Assembly (NCBI GenBank): GCA_965217035.1
Contig: OZ244226.1
Span: 2,524,146 to 2,588,145 of the forward strand
Reading direction: 5' to 3'
DNA: 64,000 bases
Source: Bacteriovoracaceae bacterium
GTDB taxonomy: Bacteria > Bdellovibrionota > Bacteriovoracia > Bacteriovoracales > Bacteriovoracaceae
Made by a program: the position numbers and the translations under genes. The number at the start of each line of letters is the position of its first letter. Position 1 is the first letter of the stretch. The notes beneath the pieces were generated by a model. It was not told the DNA's origin, made no database searches, and saw only the letters and a program-made list of their open reading frames with translations. Shown here piece after piece: positions 50,301 through 60,102 of the stretch.

Positions 50301-50520
50301 AGTTTTAAGTTTCATTGGGCGTAAGAATTGGTTCTTTAATTATCAGATCGATGGTCTTAAGGGAGAAACAGACGAGAACTATGTGAATTATCGATCAAAA
50401 ACAATTGGAAATGATAAATCTGATAGAATTTTAGGAATTCTCGATGAAGCAGGTGAAGAGTACAAGATCACTAGTTATGAAATCAAAGCGCTTCGTTTTA
50501 CTCCAGGTTTCGATTTTTAA
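47374..50520 (+). CDS. Large secreted hypothetical protein (1048 aa)
   Basis: Long ORF with a signal peptide; no family recognised. Confidence 0.8.
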   Translation: MFYIFKLLFLILFSFSTWAGNISISLNKKHRGDPVVFVEDGFWRKQKLVSKALLSDKKSEFEFINFTGSPDDIFRSQIKAINGKTYHLNLSLGNYASVVRAKLLRSMGYEVEVPQFFKTLKLNFKSEREKKDFLFKIYEEIQTSKKRWIFQELKKSLILKSVVLENRNSPTSDLIWGVMKKHWQKRDRRLRPLLVPYLLTDYVENVNLISWEKGKKRRKKIHLSHPYAVEFEGINLVDFHWGLDQIAKLDRKEWKEIFHQSGYPDAVKELILEKTLSRLLSLIKKSKLKKKYRITYKKKLSNENIINGKLVSLPGLQDHALHFKSNKDDNPLLTSELYRFLGIRAFYIGFSSALNEIQKKIPFNKRWVGDRIEERIEEGKGANLKNLGIWTAPYLSGQIRASRSVVLGNYQGSKAPIHMIDTASIEFSGGFVGRGKPFWKKVIPGGSVGAAIIRTFTHIKAAPTIKAVNDYKFKNLYLPGLLKRTSDSIKSFACSVLPEPHVVEREIHGVQFFIIKFDLERDGQREKALSLKKRWIERGVSENSILIEGVLREKICKQEEKVFVDLSIDQFLNQFNQDETFTITDELRIGTEVHTERLFDIGVSASASVNAHHIRQRVRSYVIRKKENGFEVTFNRIKSRTNGVSMKGKLLIQLISGDLRGQKYKFKSNIYFVDLKKGSIEERKIALMTMKSLFKIRNSEIIEENYEPVTAEHSAKSRLSKFKFLFWSREKFRMHHDVSIRVKSLKSKKSEERTFHSSMLAKRRGRDQKSFVSQALNDISSGLFPVNREDISIDPGQSTGGKSSRFLVYSEVETTKGRAPRMLTRVQWGYRGSRNRPRKMRRILKKIKRILGKNSKESFIDLESLEKVNELNSYDVQANLVIQPKAHTRLLKGFSNISDRSKLDLLSKLYGKKKYEMNCEYYESIYVDGNELCPPDEIKEVYESLKELQVLIRKKDKSRIVNKIFYKLFNKFDSEKVLSFIGRKNWFFNYQIDGLKGETDENYVNYRSKTIGNDKSDRILGILDEAGEEYKITSYEIKALRFTPGFDF

Positions 50521-51740
50521 CGCTTACAAGAAGCTGATTTAGCTGCTCTTAAAGCTTTATCTCTATTAACGACAAGGTAGGGATAATCGGCTTTATTACT
50601 ATTCCCAACAATAATTCGCGCTCTTCTCTTAGTCGCTGTTTTTTTTAGTATCGAAATAATTTCTTTTGAACTTAGACAGGATTTATAAATTAGCATTTTG
50701 GCAATGACATTAGCGATATAGGGAGCTGCCATCGAAGTCCCACTCATTCTAATATAAGGCTTTGTTTCATTAAATTCAGCATGTTCAAGTGGGTAAGCGG
50801 AAAGGATATCTTCTCCTGGTGCATAGATGTCTACAAATTGAAGTCCATTATTAGTGAATTCACTTAATTCGCCTTTATTGTTTACAGAGCCAACACATAA
50901 GACATTTCCAGATCTTAATTGGCAGGGCATGACCTTGGAGCCACTTGAAATATCTTCTTGTTCATTGCCAGCAGAGACAGTGATAACCATATTGCTGGCT
51001 GCTGAGCTTATATATTTTCTCAGTTTTTCAAAAGCTTTCTTGATATGAGATTCACTTATATCTCCTGAGGGTGATTCTCCCATGCTGATATTAGCGACTC
51101 GTGCTCCTTGTCTCTTTGCTAAGTAAATAGAATCTCTAAGATATTTTGTGAAGATCTTGATTGATTGAATAGAGTTCCTCTTTTCTTCTATCGGATTTAA
51201 GTCGATATAATCAGGCTTAATTTTTGTTGTTTTATTAGCAGAGAGAGGAAGAACACGAAAAGGAATAATTCCAATTCGAGGATCTTTACCAACAACAATT
51301 CCTGCTACATGTGTTCCATGTTCAGCAGAATAAATACTCTCTTCGTCAATATCTCTAACAAGCTTTCCAGTAACTTGATGAGGAGTAAGAAGAGCATAAA
51401 AAGGGAGCCCATCATTTCCTGTAAAGTCATAGCCAAGAAAATCATCAACAAAAGCGTTTCTGTCTTCATCTTGAGAGTTAAATTTCTTTGCTAATTCCTT
51501 TAAGTTATAATGCATGTGTTTTTTTAAGGCGGGATGAGTGTAATCAACTCCACTGTCAATGACAGCAACGAGGACTTTGTGATTAGAATTGTTTTTGTGA
51601 GCTTCTGAAAGGCTAGAGTACTTACGATTTACTTTCTTGTATTTGCTTGTTCCTGGTTGAAAGAACTGATCAATGATCACGCAAGATTGAATAGAAAGAA
51701 GAAAAGCTAAACAGCTAAAAAGTCTCATGAATGCCCCCAC
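50517..51740 (-). CDS. S8 subtilisin-like serine protease (lipoprotein)
   Basis: VAVIDSG, HGTHVAG, SAGN, SGTSMAAP triad motifs. Confidence 0.95.
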   Translation of the reverse strand: MGAFMRLFSCLAFLLSIQSCVIIDQFFQPGTSKYKKVNRKYSSLSEAHKNNSNHKVLVAVIDSGVDYTHPALKKHMHYNLKELAKKFNSQDEDRNAFVDDFLGYDFTGNDGLPFYALLTPHQVTGKLVRDIDEESIYSAEHGTHVAGIVVGKDPRIGIIPFRVLPLSANKTTKIKPDYIDLNPIEEKRNSIQSIKIFTKYLRDSIYLAKRQGARVANISMGESPSGDISESHIKKAFEKLRKYISSAASNMVITVSAGNEQEDISSGSKVMPCQLRSGNVLCVGSVNNKGELSEFTNNGLQFVDIYAPGEDILSAYPLEHAEFNETKPYIRMSGTSMAAPYIANVIAKMLIYKSCLSSKEIISILKKTATKRRARIIVGNSNKADYPYLVVNRDKALRAAKSASCKR

Positions 51741-51845
51741 ACTTGGAATGGCATCATAGGTATTTGTATGTTCTCTGTAAATGATAGAAGTTTAGTGATT
51801 ACTTACATTGCTACGTAATTTCAGGTAGTTAGAGAACAATTTTTC

Positions 51846-52601
51846 TCAAAAGAAATAACCGCCACCCAAATAAAGTGAAATATACTCTTTCTCATCATCA
51901 ATGTCTGCGAGTTCTTGGTCATCTTGCGTTTGGCTGAAGACGGAACCTTCTGTTGTTGTCATTGTATTTTTTTGTCCATTCATCGTGAGTGAAGTTAATG
52001 AGAGTTTTGTTTCAAAGAAATAGCGTTTTTGGTTGATATAACGAACTCCGCCACTCAGGCGTGTCATAAGGGAATCAGATCTCGATTCTCTTAGAAAGTC
52101 ATTAACTGTACCATCATCTGTTGTGTAAGCTATTCTTTCAAAACGAAAAAGAGTTCCTAATCCAAATGATCCAAAAAATTGAAGAATTGACTCTTTATAT
52201 TTGAGGTTGATATTCAGGCCACCTTCAGCGACGATTTCATGTAAGCGAAGTTTTTGCTTGAAGCGCAAGAGAGTTGCGCCCGTTGTGATAACTCCACGGC
52301 GGGCCGAGCTATCACTAGAGTCTTTTATATAATTATAGTCAAGAGTTACAAAGAATGAGATGGGAAGTTTGCTTAAAATTTCAAAACCAAACTGAAGACC
52401 TGTGCCTGTTGCTGGAAAAGCTTCAAGTTCAGATAGATCAACTACGGCAGAGTTATTAGCATAATTAGGTTGAGCATGGTCTTGACCATATAAGCCAGCT
52501 AAGTTTAATCCCATGTAAAAGAATCTGGAGTTGAGATCTTTGGAATAGGCTTGTTCTAAAAAGCTTATTGATAATAGGGCAATCAGAAAAACCCGAGCCA
52601 T
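51846..52601 (-). CDS. Outer-membrane beta-barrel protein
   Basis: AGGAG RBS, signal, beta strands, terminal GGGYFF. Confidence 0.7.
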   Translation of the reverse strand: MARVFLIALLSISFLEQAYSKDLNSRFFYMGLNLAGLYGQDHAQPNYANNSAVVDLSELEAFPATGTGLQFGFEILSKLPISFFVTLDYNYIKDSSDSSARRGVITTGATLLRFKQKLRLHEIVAEGGLNINLKYKESILQFFGSFGLGTLFRFERIAYTTDDGTVNDFLRESRSDSLMTRLSGGVRYINQKRYFFETKLSLTSLTMNGQKNTMTTTEGSVFSQTQDDQELADIDDEKEYISLYLGGGYFF

Positions 52602-52698
52602 TTATTCTCCTTTAGGGCGGTAAGTTTTGCAGTCTTTAGGTTCTATTCTAATTCATTTATTTCTTATTGCCGAATCTGTTCATGCAAGGAAGTTTAAT

Positions 52699-53463
52699 AT
52701 GGATATAGCTACGGTTATAGGATTTGTTTTGGCATCGTGTGCGATCTTGGGGGCGATTCTCTACGGTGGTGCACTTAGTATCTTTATCGACGTTCCCTCA
52801 GTTGCAGTTGTTATTGGGGGAGTTATTTCTGCAATTTTTATCAAATGGCCAATTGAGAATATTACAAATCTTGTATCTGTTTTTATGAAGTCTTTATTTT
52901 TCACGCCAACAAATCTCAAAGGAACAATTGAGGAGATCCAGTCTCTCGCTGAAACAGCAAGAAGAGAATCTGTTTTTGCGCTCGAGAAAGTTGAGATTGC
53001 TGATACTTTTTTGAAAAAAGCAGTGAGTCTTGCTGCTGACAATAGACCACCTGATGTTATTACATCTATTTTGCAGTTAGATATTGATGCCATGGAGGAA
53101 CGGCATAAGCATGGAATTGGTATCATGGAAGGGATTGGTGCTGACGGCCCAGCCTTCGGAATGATTGGGACCCTAATTGGTCTAGTACAGATGCTTCAAA
53201 ACCTTTCAGATCCTTCAGCGATTGGTCCGGCGATGGCGGTCGCTCTTTTGACAACTTTTTATGGGGCGGTTATTGCGAACGCAATTGCTCTTCCTGTTTC
53301 TAATAAACTCACGATTCGTTCTCAGGCAGAGTCGACAAAGATGAATATTATTGTTGCTGGAGTTCTTGGTATTGTTGCAGGGGAAAATCCACGAGTTATT
53401 AGAGAGAAGCTTGATTCCTTCTTACCTCCAAGTGAAAGGAATGTTGAAGAAGAGGCAGCCTAA
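52699..53463 (+). CDS. motA: Flagellar stator subunit MotA/PomA
   Basis: MDIATVIG, FIDVPS..VVIGG, PAFGMIGTLIGLVQML, AVALLTTFYG, GENPR; start reassigned to 52699. Confidence 0.95.
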   Translation: MDIATVIGFVLASCAILGAILYGGALSIFIDVPSVAVVIGGVISAIFIKWPIENITNLVSVFMKSLFFTPTNLKGTIEEIQSLAETARRESVFALEKVEIADTFLKKAVSLAADNRPPDVITSILQLDIDAMEERHKHGIGIMEGIGADGPAFGMIGTLIGLVQMLQNLSDPSAIGPAMAVALLTTFYGAVIANAIALPVSNKLTIRSQAESTKMNIIVAGVLGIVAGENPRVIREKLDSFLPPSERNVEEEAA

Positions 53464-54299
53464 TGTCTGACGAAGAAAATAAAGCACCAGAACCATGTCC
53501 AAAATGTGAGGAATGTGTCGCTGGTCTCCCGATGTGGATGGGGACATTTTCTGACTTGGTGACGCTTTTACTAACATTTTTCGTTCTTCTCCTTTCTTTC
53601 GCAAAAACAGAAACAAGTAAATATAAAGCAGCTCTTGGATCAATTCGAGAGGCTTTTGGTGGAAATGTCCAGCAGTATGGAGAACCAATTGTTCCAGGAA
53701 AATCTCCAGACGATTCTCCTACTATGATTGATTCTCAGCAGCCAGTGATGCCTTTTCCGATTGAATTCCTAACGACAGAGGGAATTCTTGATAAGCATGA
53801 AATCAATCGTTCGAGTGAAGAAAGTTTAAATGAATTTAAAGAAATTCTTAAAAAATATAGTTTGCAAGAATCGGTAGAGATTCATGAAGAAAATGAAGGA
53901 ATTAAGGTTCATTTCAAAGAAAAGATTTTCTTTACAGAGGGAGGGACTAAAATCCTTCAAACAAACCAAATAGTCCTTAATAATCTTATTGATCTTTTAA
54001 GAGATAATGATTGGGTTGTTTTTGTTCAGGGCTTTGCTGCAAGAGGAGAGAAATCTCCAGGTGGTGGAGATGCTTACTCTTTATCTTCAAGAAGAGCGAA
54101 TTCAATTAGCAAGTATCTTATTCAAAAAGGGATTAAAGCTGAAAAAGTTATTGCTGTTTCTTTTGGAGATTCTCGTCAACAAAAAGTCGTTGGAAAAAAA
54201 GCAACAAAAGCTGAAATACGAAGAATTAATCGAAGAGTTGAATTCCTCATTCGAAAACGAGATATTAGAGCTTCTGGCCGTAAAGTTTCACCTTATTAA
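53463..54299 (+). CDS. motB: Flagellar stator subunit MotB/PomB
   Basis: WMGTFSDLVTLLLTFFVLL with the conserved Asp; OmpA-like LSSRRA..NRRVE. Confidence 0.95.
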   Translation: MSDEENKAPEPCPKCEECVAGLPMWMGTFSDLVTLLLTFFVLLLSFAKTETSKYKAALGSIREAFGGNVQQYGEPIVPGKSPDDSPTMIDSQQPVMPFPIEFLTTEGILDKHEINRSSEESLNEFKEILKKYSLQESVEIHEENEGIKVHFKEKIFFTEGGTKILQTNQIVLNNLIDLLRDNDWVVFVQGFAARGEKSPGGGDAYSLSSRRANSISKYLIQKGIKAEKVIAVSFGDSRQQKVVGKKATKAEIRRINRRVEFLIRKRDIRASGRKVSPY

Positions 54300-54301
54300 T
54301 T

Positions 54302-55162
54302 ATGAGTGAGTTGTCCTTTCTCAAATCATACTCAAGTGTTGAGAACGCTCTTAAAGAGTGCTTTGGAATTTCAAAACAGCAAATAAAAAAATATCTTTCT
54401 CCTAAAATACGTAGTCAAGAAATAAAAGAAAAAATGTCCTTTGATATCCCTCTTAACTTATTAAATCGAAATCGGATCTATCCTGATTATGAAGGCCCTC
54501 AAATTTCAATAATTGATGAAGACGAAAACTTTATTGTTCTTTCGAAGCCAACTCGGATTCACACCCATCCTTTAAGCTATGAAGAGGCTAATAATTGCTT
54601 AAGCTTTTTAAGAGAGCAGGGTCGTGGGGAAATTCTCAAAATTAACCATGAAAACTATGACCGTGGTCTTGTTTTTCGACTTGATTATGAAACGTCAGGT
54701 GTTCTTATTTATTGTAAAAATGAAATTTTAAGAAAAGTTATTCGTAATAACTTTCAAAGATCCTTCATACAAAAAAAATACCTTGCGATTGTGGAAGGAA
54801 ATTTCCCAACTTATACCACAATCAATGGACGATTAAGCTCTTCGGGACTCAAAGGACATAAGGTCGAAGTCACTCCTGTCAATGAAGGAAGAGGTTTTGT
54901 AGGAAAGATTGAAGTGAATCGCCTTGATTTTAAAAATAATCTTAGTCTGCTCGAAATTACACTATTTGAGGGGCATAGGCATCAAATAAGGGCCTTACTC
55001 GCTTATAAGAATTTTCCAATCTTAGGAGATATCCTTTATGGGGCTTCACGCTCCGACCGTCTTTATCTTCATGCAAAAGAGTATTCGCTTTCTGCTAATA
55101 AGTTTCAAAAAACTTGGATCTGTGATTCAATTAATGAGTTTGAGAGAAGAATGAAAAATTAA
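54302..55162 (+). CDS. RluA-family RNA pseudouridine synthase
   Basis: VLSKP, RLDYETSG, KKYLAIV, GHRHQIR, PILGDILYG, LYLHA. Confidence 0.9.
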   Translation: MSELSFLKSYSSVENALKECFGISKQQIKKYLSPKIRSQEIKEKMSFDIPLNLLNRNRIYPDYEGPQISIIDEDENFIVLSKPTRIHTHPLSYEEANNCLSFLREQGRGEILKINHENYDRGLVFRLDYETSGVLIYCKNEILRKVIRNNFQRSFIQKKYLAIVEGNFPTYTTINGRLSSSGLKGHKVEVTPVNEGRGFVGKIEVNRLDFKNNLSLLEITLFEGHRHQIRALLAYKNFPILGDILYGASRSDRLYLHAKEYSLSANKFQKTWICDSINEFERRMKN

Positions 55163-56172
55163 GCTGCGTTTAAATCAAGTTTTTGAAACTCTAATTCTTT
55201 ACTATGTTTTTGATAAGCTTCTCGTATTAATCCTTTATAGAAGTTCGTTTTATGAGAAAAACGTAATAATTGTTTTGCAATTGCATTTGCTTGTCCCATT
55301 TCCCCTTTATTTAGATAATATTTAGTTGAAACATAAAGCGCTGAAAAAAAGTACTTATCGACTGTAGGTGTTCTTTGATTAATAGCTTCATAGACAGTTG
55401 CAAGTTCAAGAATTTCATCAAAACGGAAATCTTTGATTGCTAACTTAATGGCTAAACAAAACCTTTCAGGTGATTCAGGGTAGGTTCTTGTTATATACTT
55501 TAGGAGAGTGAAAGCTTCATCACTATCTTTATGCCGGATATAAGTATCTAATAGAGATGAAAGAGAATTAAAGTGCCATTTATTTAAACGAAGTCCTCGT
55601 CTATAATAATTAATGGCATTGACATCTCTATTCATATACTCACAAGTCTTTCCGAGGTAAAAATAGGCTAGACTTGGTGTTGTATGATAAGAAGTTGCTT
55701 TTCTAAAAATATGATAAGACTTAGTAAAATTCATTTCTTGAAAAAGTGCTTTCTTACCTTTTTCGATTGTTAAGAAATAATCATTGGTTTCAAAAGAAAA
55801 GAGTTTAATATTATCTATGACATTCTTGAATGTCCTGAAATTGAAAGGCTTTACAAGAACACCATCAAAACCTATTTCAGCTATGTTGGCAATTGTATTA
55901 TGATCGAGAGCATTTGTAAGACAAATGCTTGTTGCTCCTATCCTTTTAATTTCTTCATGGACTTCTCTTAATTTAAGTATTGATTTTTCTAGTTTTAAAC
56001 TTAAATCGATAATAACGAAATCTTTAAAGCTTAAAACTTTTTCTGCTACTTCTTCAATTGACTCATGCTGAACAAGATTGAATAAACCAGTATGATAACC
56101 ATGGAGAAAATCATCAATCTTAGTAAAATTGTTACCTTTAAGACCTACGTAAAATACGTTAATTTTGTTCAA
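55159..56172 (-). CDS. Atypical receiver domain + TPR protein
   Basis: IIDL, CLT, LVKPF receiver motifs without the N-terminal acidic pair; TPR-like AYFYLGK..AINYYRRGL. Confidence 0.7.
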   Translation of the reverse strand: MNKINVFYVGLKGNNFTKIDDFLHGYHTGLFNLVQHESIEEVAEKVLSFKDFVIIDLSLKLEKSILKLREVHEEIKRIGATSICLTNALDHNTIANIAEIGFDGVLVKPFNFRTFKNVIDNIKLFSFETNDYFLTIEKGKKALFQEMNFTKSYHIFRKATSYHTTPSLAYFYLGKTCEYMNRDVNAINYYRRGLRLNKWHFNSLSSLLDTYIRHKDSDEAFTLLKYITRTYPESPERFCLAIKLAIKDFRFDEILELATVYEAINQRTPTVDKYFFSALYVSTKYYLNKGEMGQANAIAKQLLRFSHKTNFYKGLIREAYQKHSKELEFQKLDLNAA

Positions 56173-56180
56173 AGTTCACC

Positions 56181-57029
56181 TCAAGCTCTTGCATGATAAA
56201 CGAACTTAGAGATATTCTCCTGACGCTTACCATAGATCTCAAACAACTTTCTAAAATTTTCATTTGGTTCTAGGTTTTTAGCGTAAAGATAGAGGTGCTC
56301 CCCTAAGTATTCCATTTTCTTTATGTGAATAGGAAAACGAGTGTTTAATTGCTCGCTTTCATATTCGAGATCGATAGCACATTCGACCTCTTCATGAAAA
56401 GTTTTAGAAATTCCTTGGGAGCTGTTAACGGGAACTTTTAGAACAAGTGACAATTCATCGATATCTTCTAAAAAACATTTCAGTGGTTTTATATTTTCTT
56501 TATGCAGGGAGATCTGTATATAGGCAGATTCTGTATTAATTTTAGGAACAGGAATCTCTTTATGTTCTGTGAACATTGGCTGCTTTTCTGGTTTGTCTGA
56601 TATATCCTGGAAATAACCTTTGTCTTCAACCTTATTAAATTGATTCATCAATTTCATGATTGCGTAGTTTATTGCTCCTTTTGTTGCTTTTGTTTCAAAA
56701 ATAACATCAGCACCTTTTTGTTTAAGAAGCGTGAAATTTTGAAGTCCAAAAAAATCATTCACGACTATGACTTTTAAGTACTTCTTCTTTTTTGAAATAT
56801 GAGCACCTTTTAAAAGCTTCAAAAGAGCAGTAACATCGGATTTCTCTTTGATATATGCTAGAATTATCCCTTTTTTAGATGAAGAGATTTGGCTTAAGTA
56901 AGAGATAATCGAATCAACATTGTTGATAGCTTCGTAATGATATTCAAAGAAGAAACTATCCGAAATATTGTTTCCCAGTTTTTTTAAATAATAATCTTTA
57001 AAAGAATAAAGATTTCCAAAATAAATCAT
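56181..57029 (-). CDS. Hypothetical signalling protein (degenerate receiver-like N-terminus)
   Basis: KVIVVN..KGADVI pattern; co-oriented with the downstream receiver-TPR gene. Confidence 0.55.
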   Translation of the reverse strand: MIYFGNLYSFKDYYLKKLGNNISDSFFFEYHYEAINNVDSIISYLSQISSSKKGIILAYIKEKSDVTALLKLLKGAHISKKKKYLKVIVVNDFFGLQNFTLLKQKGADVIFETKATKGAINYAIMKLMNQFNKVEDKGYFQDISDKPEKQPMFTEHKEIPVPKINTESAYIQISLHKENIKPLKCFLEDIDELSLVLKVPVNSSQGISKTFHEEVECAIDLEYESEQLNTRFPIHIKKMEYLGEHLYLYAKNLEPNENFRKLFEIYGKRQENISKFVYHARA

Positions 57030-57074
57030 TAAAAATTTCTCACACCGTCTGTTTCCCCTTATTCTATAGGGGTT

Positions 57075-57926
57075 TTGAAATATTTAAAGACTGGAATAAT
57101 TATCATGAAACATCGGAACAAAATGCTCGGGATAATGTTGACTTTTGTGGTCCTAGGTCCTCTCGTTGCGAGCTCAAAAGTTTTGCTCATCAAGCAATGG
57201 CATCTTTTATCTTCACAAAAAACCCTTAACATTCAAGAATCATTGAGTTTACCTCAAGCGAAAAACCAAATTGCCATTTATAAAAAATTAAAGAACTTTA
57301 TAAATACGAAAAAACAGGCCCTATTACTATATGAGGGATGTGAAGGTTTGATAAACGAGAGCTTCGCTCAGTCTTTTCAAGGGTGGAATTATAAAAATTT
57401 AGAAAAAAAAATTAAATTTCCCGAAAATTTTTCAAAAATACTTACTCATTTAGGTTTAAAACTCGAGGTTGAGTTTAAAGAGAAAGCAGATAATAGATGC
57501 GGAGATGATAAAAAACTTATTGAGGAAAACCAACTTGCCTTTAGTGATTTGAAAGCATTTCTTGGATATCTTCAAAGGCTAGAGCAATTCAAAAACAATC
57601 CTGAAAAATTTGAAATGTACGCTAAGAGTATGCTTGATGGTTCTCTCGTTGTTCAGGATCCAATTGCTTATGCTTTAGAAAAGTCGAAAGATTCATTAAA
57701 AAAAGTTAAAAACTTAATAAAAGAAAGAAATCAATCTTTTATTAAAATTATTAAAGAGAACAAAAATCGAAATATTGCTGTTGTTATTGGAGGACTTCAT
57801 ATCAAGGATCTTTCTGAGCGATTAAACAAAGAAGAAATTCCTTATAGTATTTTCATTCCCGAGGGGTATCCAAAAAAAGACACTGAACTTCTCGAAGAGT
57901 TTGAAAAAACTTTATTCAAAAAATGA
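57075..57926 (+). CDS. Exported hypothetical protein (start probably 57105 or 57123)
   Basis: Signal-like N-terminus; ERN...VVIGGLH motif reminiscent of the TraB/GumN-type fold. Confidence 0.6.
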   Translation: MKYLKTGIIIMKHRNKMLGIMLTFVVLGPLVASSKVLLIKQWHLLSSQKTLNIQESLSLPQAKNQIAIYKKLKNFINTKKQALLLYEGCEGLINESFAQSFQGWNYKNLEKKIKFPENFSKILTHLGLKLEVEFKEKADNRCGDDKKLIEENQLAFSDLKAFLGYLQRLEQFKNNPEKFEMYAKSMLDGSLVVQDPIAYALEKSKDSLKKVKNLIKERNQSFIKIIKENKNRNIAVVIGGLHIKDLSERLNKEEIPYSIFIPEGYPKKDTELLEEFEKTLFKK

Positions 57927-60020
57927 TTGAAGTTTAGATAGAGAGATTGTCTCTCCTAGCATATTCACTTTCCCATCTTTTATAAGAAAGTAGACTGGAA
58001 CTCCAACTCTATTATGTTTTGCTAGAAATTGAGTGATTTTTTCGTCTCTTTGAGTCCAGTCAGCTCTGTAAAGCTTGATATTTTTTTCTTGGACATACTT
58101 CTGAAAACTATCTGTATTAAGAACAATTTTTTTATTTACCTGGCAGGTTAAACACCATTTTGCTGTAAAATCAATGAAGACCGTTTCGTTGTTTGAGACA
58201 GATTGATCAACAAGTTCTGGGGTCCAGGCTTTCCAGTTTCCTGAAATGAGTTCGCTATGTTTATTATCGATATCTTGGTAACGATTCATAAAATTATATC
58301 CAAAAAATAAAAGTCCAACCAAAGAAAAAGCTGTAATCATTTTTCCTTTTTCAGCTTTTTGATAAAGAAAAACTCCCATGAAGATCATTGTGAGAAATGG
58401 ATAAAGACCGTAAATGATCGCATTAGAGTTAGCTAAACTATGAAGAACATCGAGTAACCAGATCATTGTGAGTAATAAACTCAGTCCTAGAAAATATTTT
58501 AAGGTATTCATCCAGTTTCCAGGTCTTGGAAAGATTTTTAAGACGGCTGGAAAAAACATTGTTATGAGAAAAGGAAAACTTAAGCCTAATCCAATCATAA
58601 AGAAGGTCAATAAGATTTCAAAAGTTGATGCAGTAAAAGCATAAGTGAGTGCTGTTCCTAAAAAAGGAGCGCTACAAGGAGTCGATAGAATTGTCGCTAA
58701 GACCCCTGAGAAGAAGTCTCCAGCGTAACTATCTTTTAGGTCTATATTTCCAAAGAGTTTTCCTCCTGGAGTTCTAAACTCATAAAGTCCAAAGAGATTC
58801 AAACTCATAACAAAAAGAACAACAATCATTATCGAAACGAAGAGGGGATCTTGAAGTTGAAATCCCCAACCGACTGATTGCCCGGCTGATTTAATGCCTA
58901 AAATAATTAAGGCCAGTGAAAGAAGAGAAAGAATAACTCCTAAGGAATAAAAACTATTATGCTTAATGATTTTTGACCGGCTCTCGTCTTTGTGTTTAAT
59001 AAGTTCAAAAAGTTTTAAAGAGATAACAGGGAGAACACAGGGCATAAGATTTAAAATTAGTCCGCCTAAAAAAGCTAAAAGAAGAATATAGAGTAAGCTT
59101 GTCGATTCTTTTAATTCTGATTTTCCATAGCTTGGAATTAAATTCTCTGAAGTAATTTGATAGAATTGGTGGTTTGTTATAAAGGGGGCTTCCCCTGTCC
59201 CATAAAGAATAAAACTTAATTGGATAGGATCTTTTAGAACACTTTCTTCAGGGAAACTAACTTCAGGGGTTTGATAATGACCGATCCAATCTAAATCAAT
59301 ATAACCTCTATTTCCATATCTTTGTTCATGGCCAAAACTTATGAGTTTACTTGGAAAACCTATTATGAAATTTTCAGTTTCTTTTAATTTGAGTTCTTTG
59401 TCCCACTCGAAATGAAGTCTTAATTTCTTATCTCCTGTTTTAGTAAGTGCTAATTTGAGATCATTCGGTAAAGATTTATTCTTCGGAAGTTTTGCAATTA
59501 AATCCTGAACTTGGGTATTGCTATAATCAAGTGGCGCTTGTGGCCATTGATTATTTGATATTGTTGCTAATCGTGTAATTGTTTTTTCGCCTGGGATGCA
59601 AATATCTTTACAGACAAGCCATTTAACGGTGAGCTCAAGGTCACCTGTTTCTTTAGGCATTTTCATGAAGAAGGTCTGACTCCCTTCATAACCATAAGTC
59701 CAAATATTACCTTGTTCAATATGCTTCTCAGGCAAAGGCCATTCAAGCATTTCTGCCTCAACTTCTTTTCCATCGACCTTGAGAATGAACTGAGTTGCAA
59801 GTCCAGAATCTCCTGGATTCTTCCAGTAAGTATGCCACTTAGCTTTGTGTTCTAGGTTAATGACAATGATGGGACCAAGTTTTTGATTTGAGTAATAGTT
59901 GCGAGCGCGAAGCTTTACGAGCTCATTTCCATCTTGAGAGAAGCCAGACAGGAAGGGAATCAACAACAGCACAATAAACAATTTCTTCATGAGCTTAATT
60001 ATACCTAGAGCTAGGGTCAA
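57912..60020 (-). CDS. dsbD: Thiol:disulfide interchange protein DsbD family (start probably ~59990)
   Basis: WHTYWKNPGDSG, CKDICIP, PCVLP, TPCSAP, FTAKWCLTC. Confidence 0.92.
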   Translation of the reverse strand: MTLALGIIKLMKKLFIVLLLIPFLSGFSQDGNELVKLRARNYYSNQKLGPIIVINLEHKAKWHTYWKNPGDSGLATQFILKVDGKEVEAEMLEWPLPEKHIEQGNIWTYGYEGSQTFFMKMPKETGDLELTVKWLVCKDICIPGEKTITRLATISNNQWPQAPLDYSNTQVQDLIAKLPKNKSLPNDLKLALTKTGDKKLRLHFEWDKELKLKETENFIIGFPSKLISFGHEQRYGNRGYIDLDWIGHYQTPEVSFPEESVLKDPIQLSFILYGTGEAPFITNHQFYQITSENLIPSYGKSELKESTSLLYILLLAFLGGLILNLMPCVLPVISLKLFELIKHKDESRSKIIKHNSFYSLGVILSLLSLALIILGIKSAGQSVGWGFQLQDPLFVSIMIVVLFVMSLNLFGLYEFRTPGGKLFGNIDLKDSYAGDFFSGVLATILSTPCSAPFLGTALTYAFTASTFEILLTFFMIGLGLSFPFLITMFFPAVLKIFPRPGNWMNTLKYFLGLSLLLTMIWLLDVLHSLANSNAIIYGLYPFLTMIFMGVFLYQKAEKGKMITAFSLVGLLFFGYNFMNRYQDIDNKHSELISGNWKAWTPELVDQSVSNNETVFIDFTAKWCLTCQVNKKIVLNTDSFQKYVQEKNIKLYRADWTQRDEKITQFLAKHNRVGVPVYFLIKDGKVNMLGETISLSKLQSFFE

Positions 60021-60102
60021 TAAGAAGTCATATCTCTGTAAAATTAATTCTATTTAGCGGACATCCTCTTGACATTTTTCAGGAGGAAATTATTTTTAGA
60101 GT

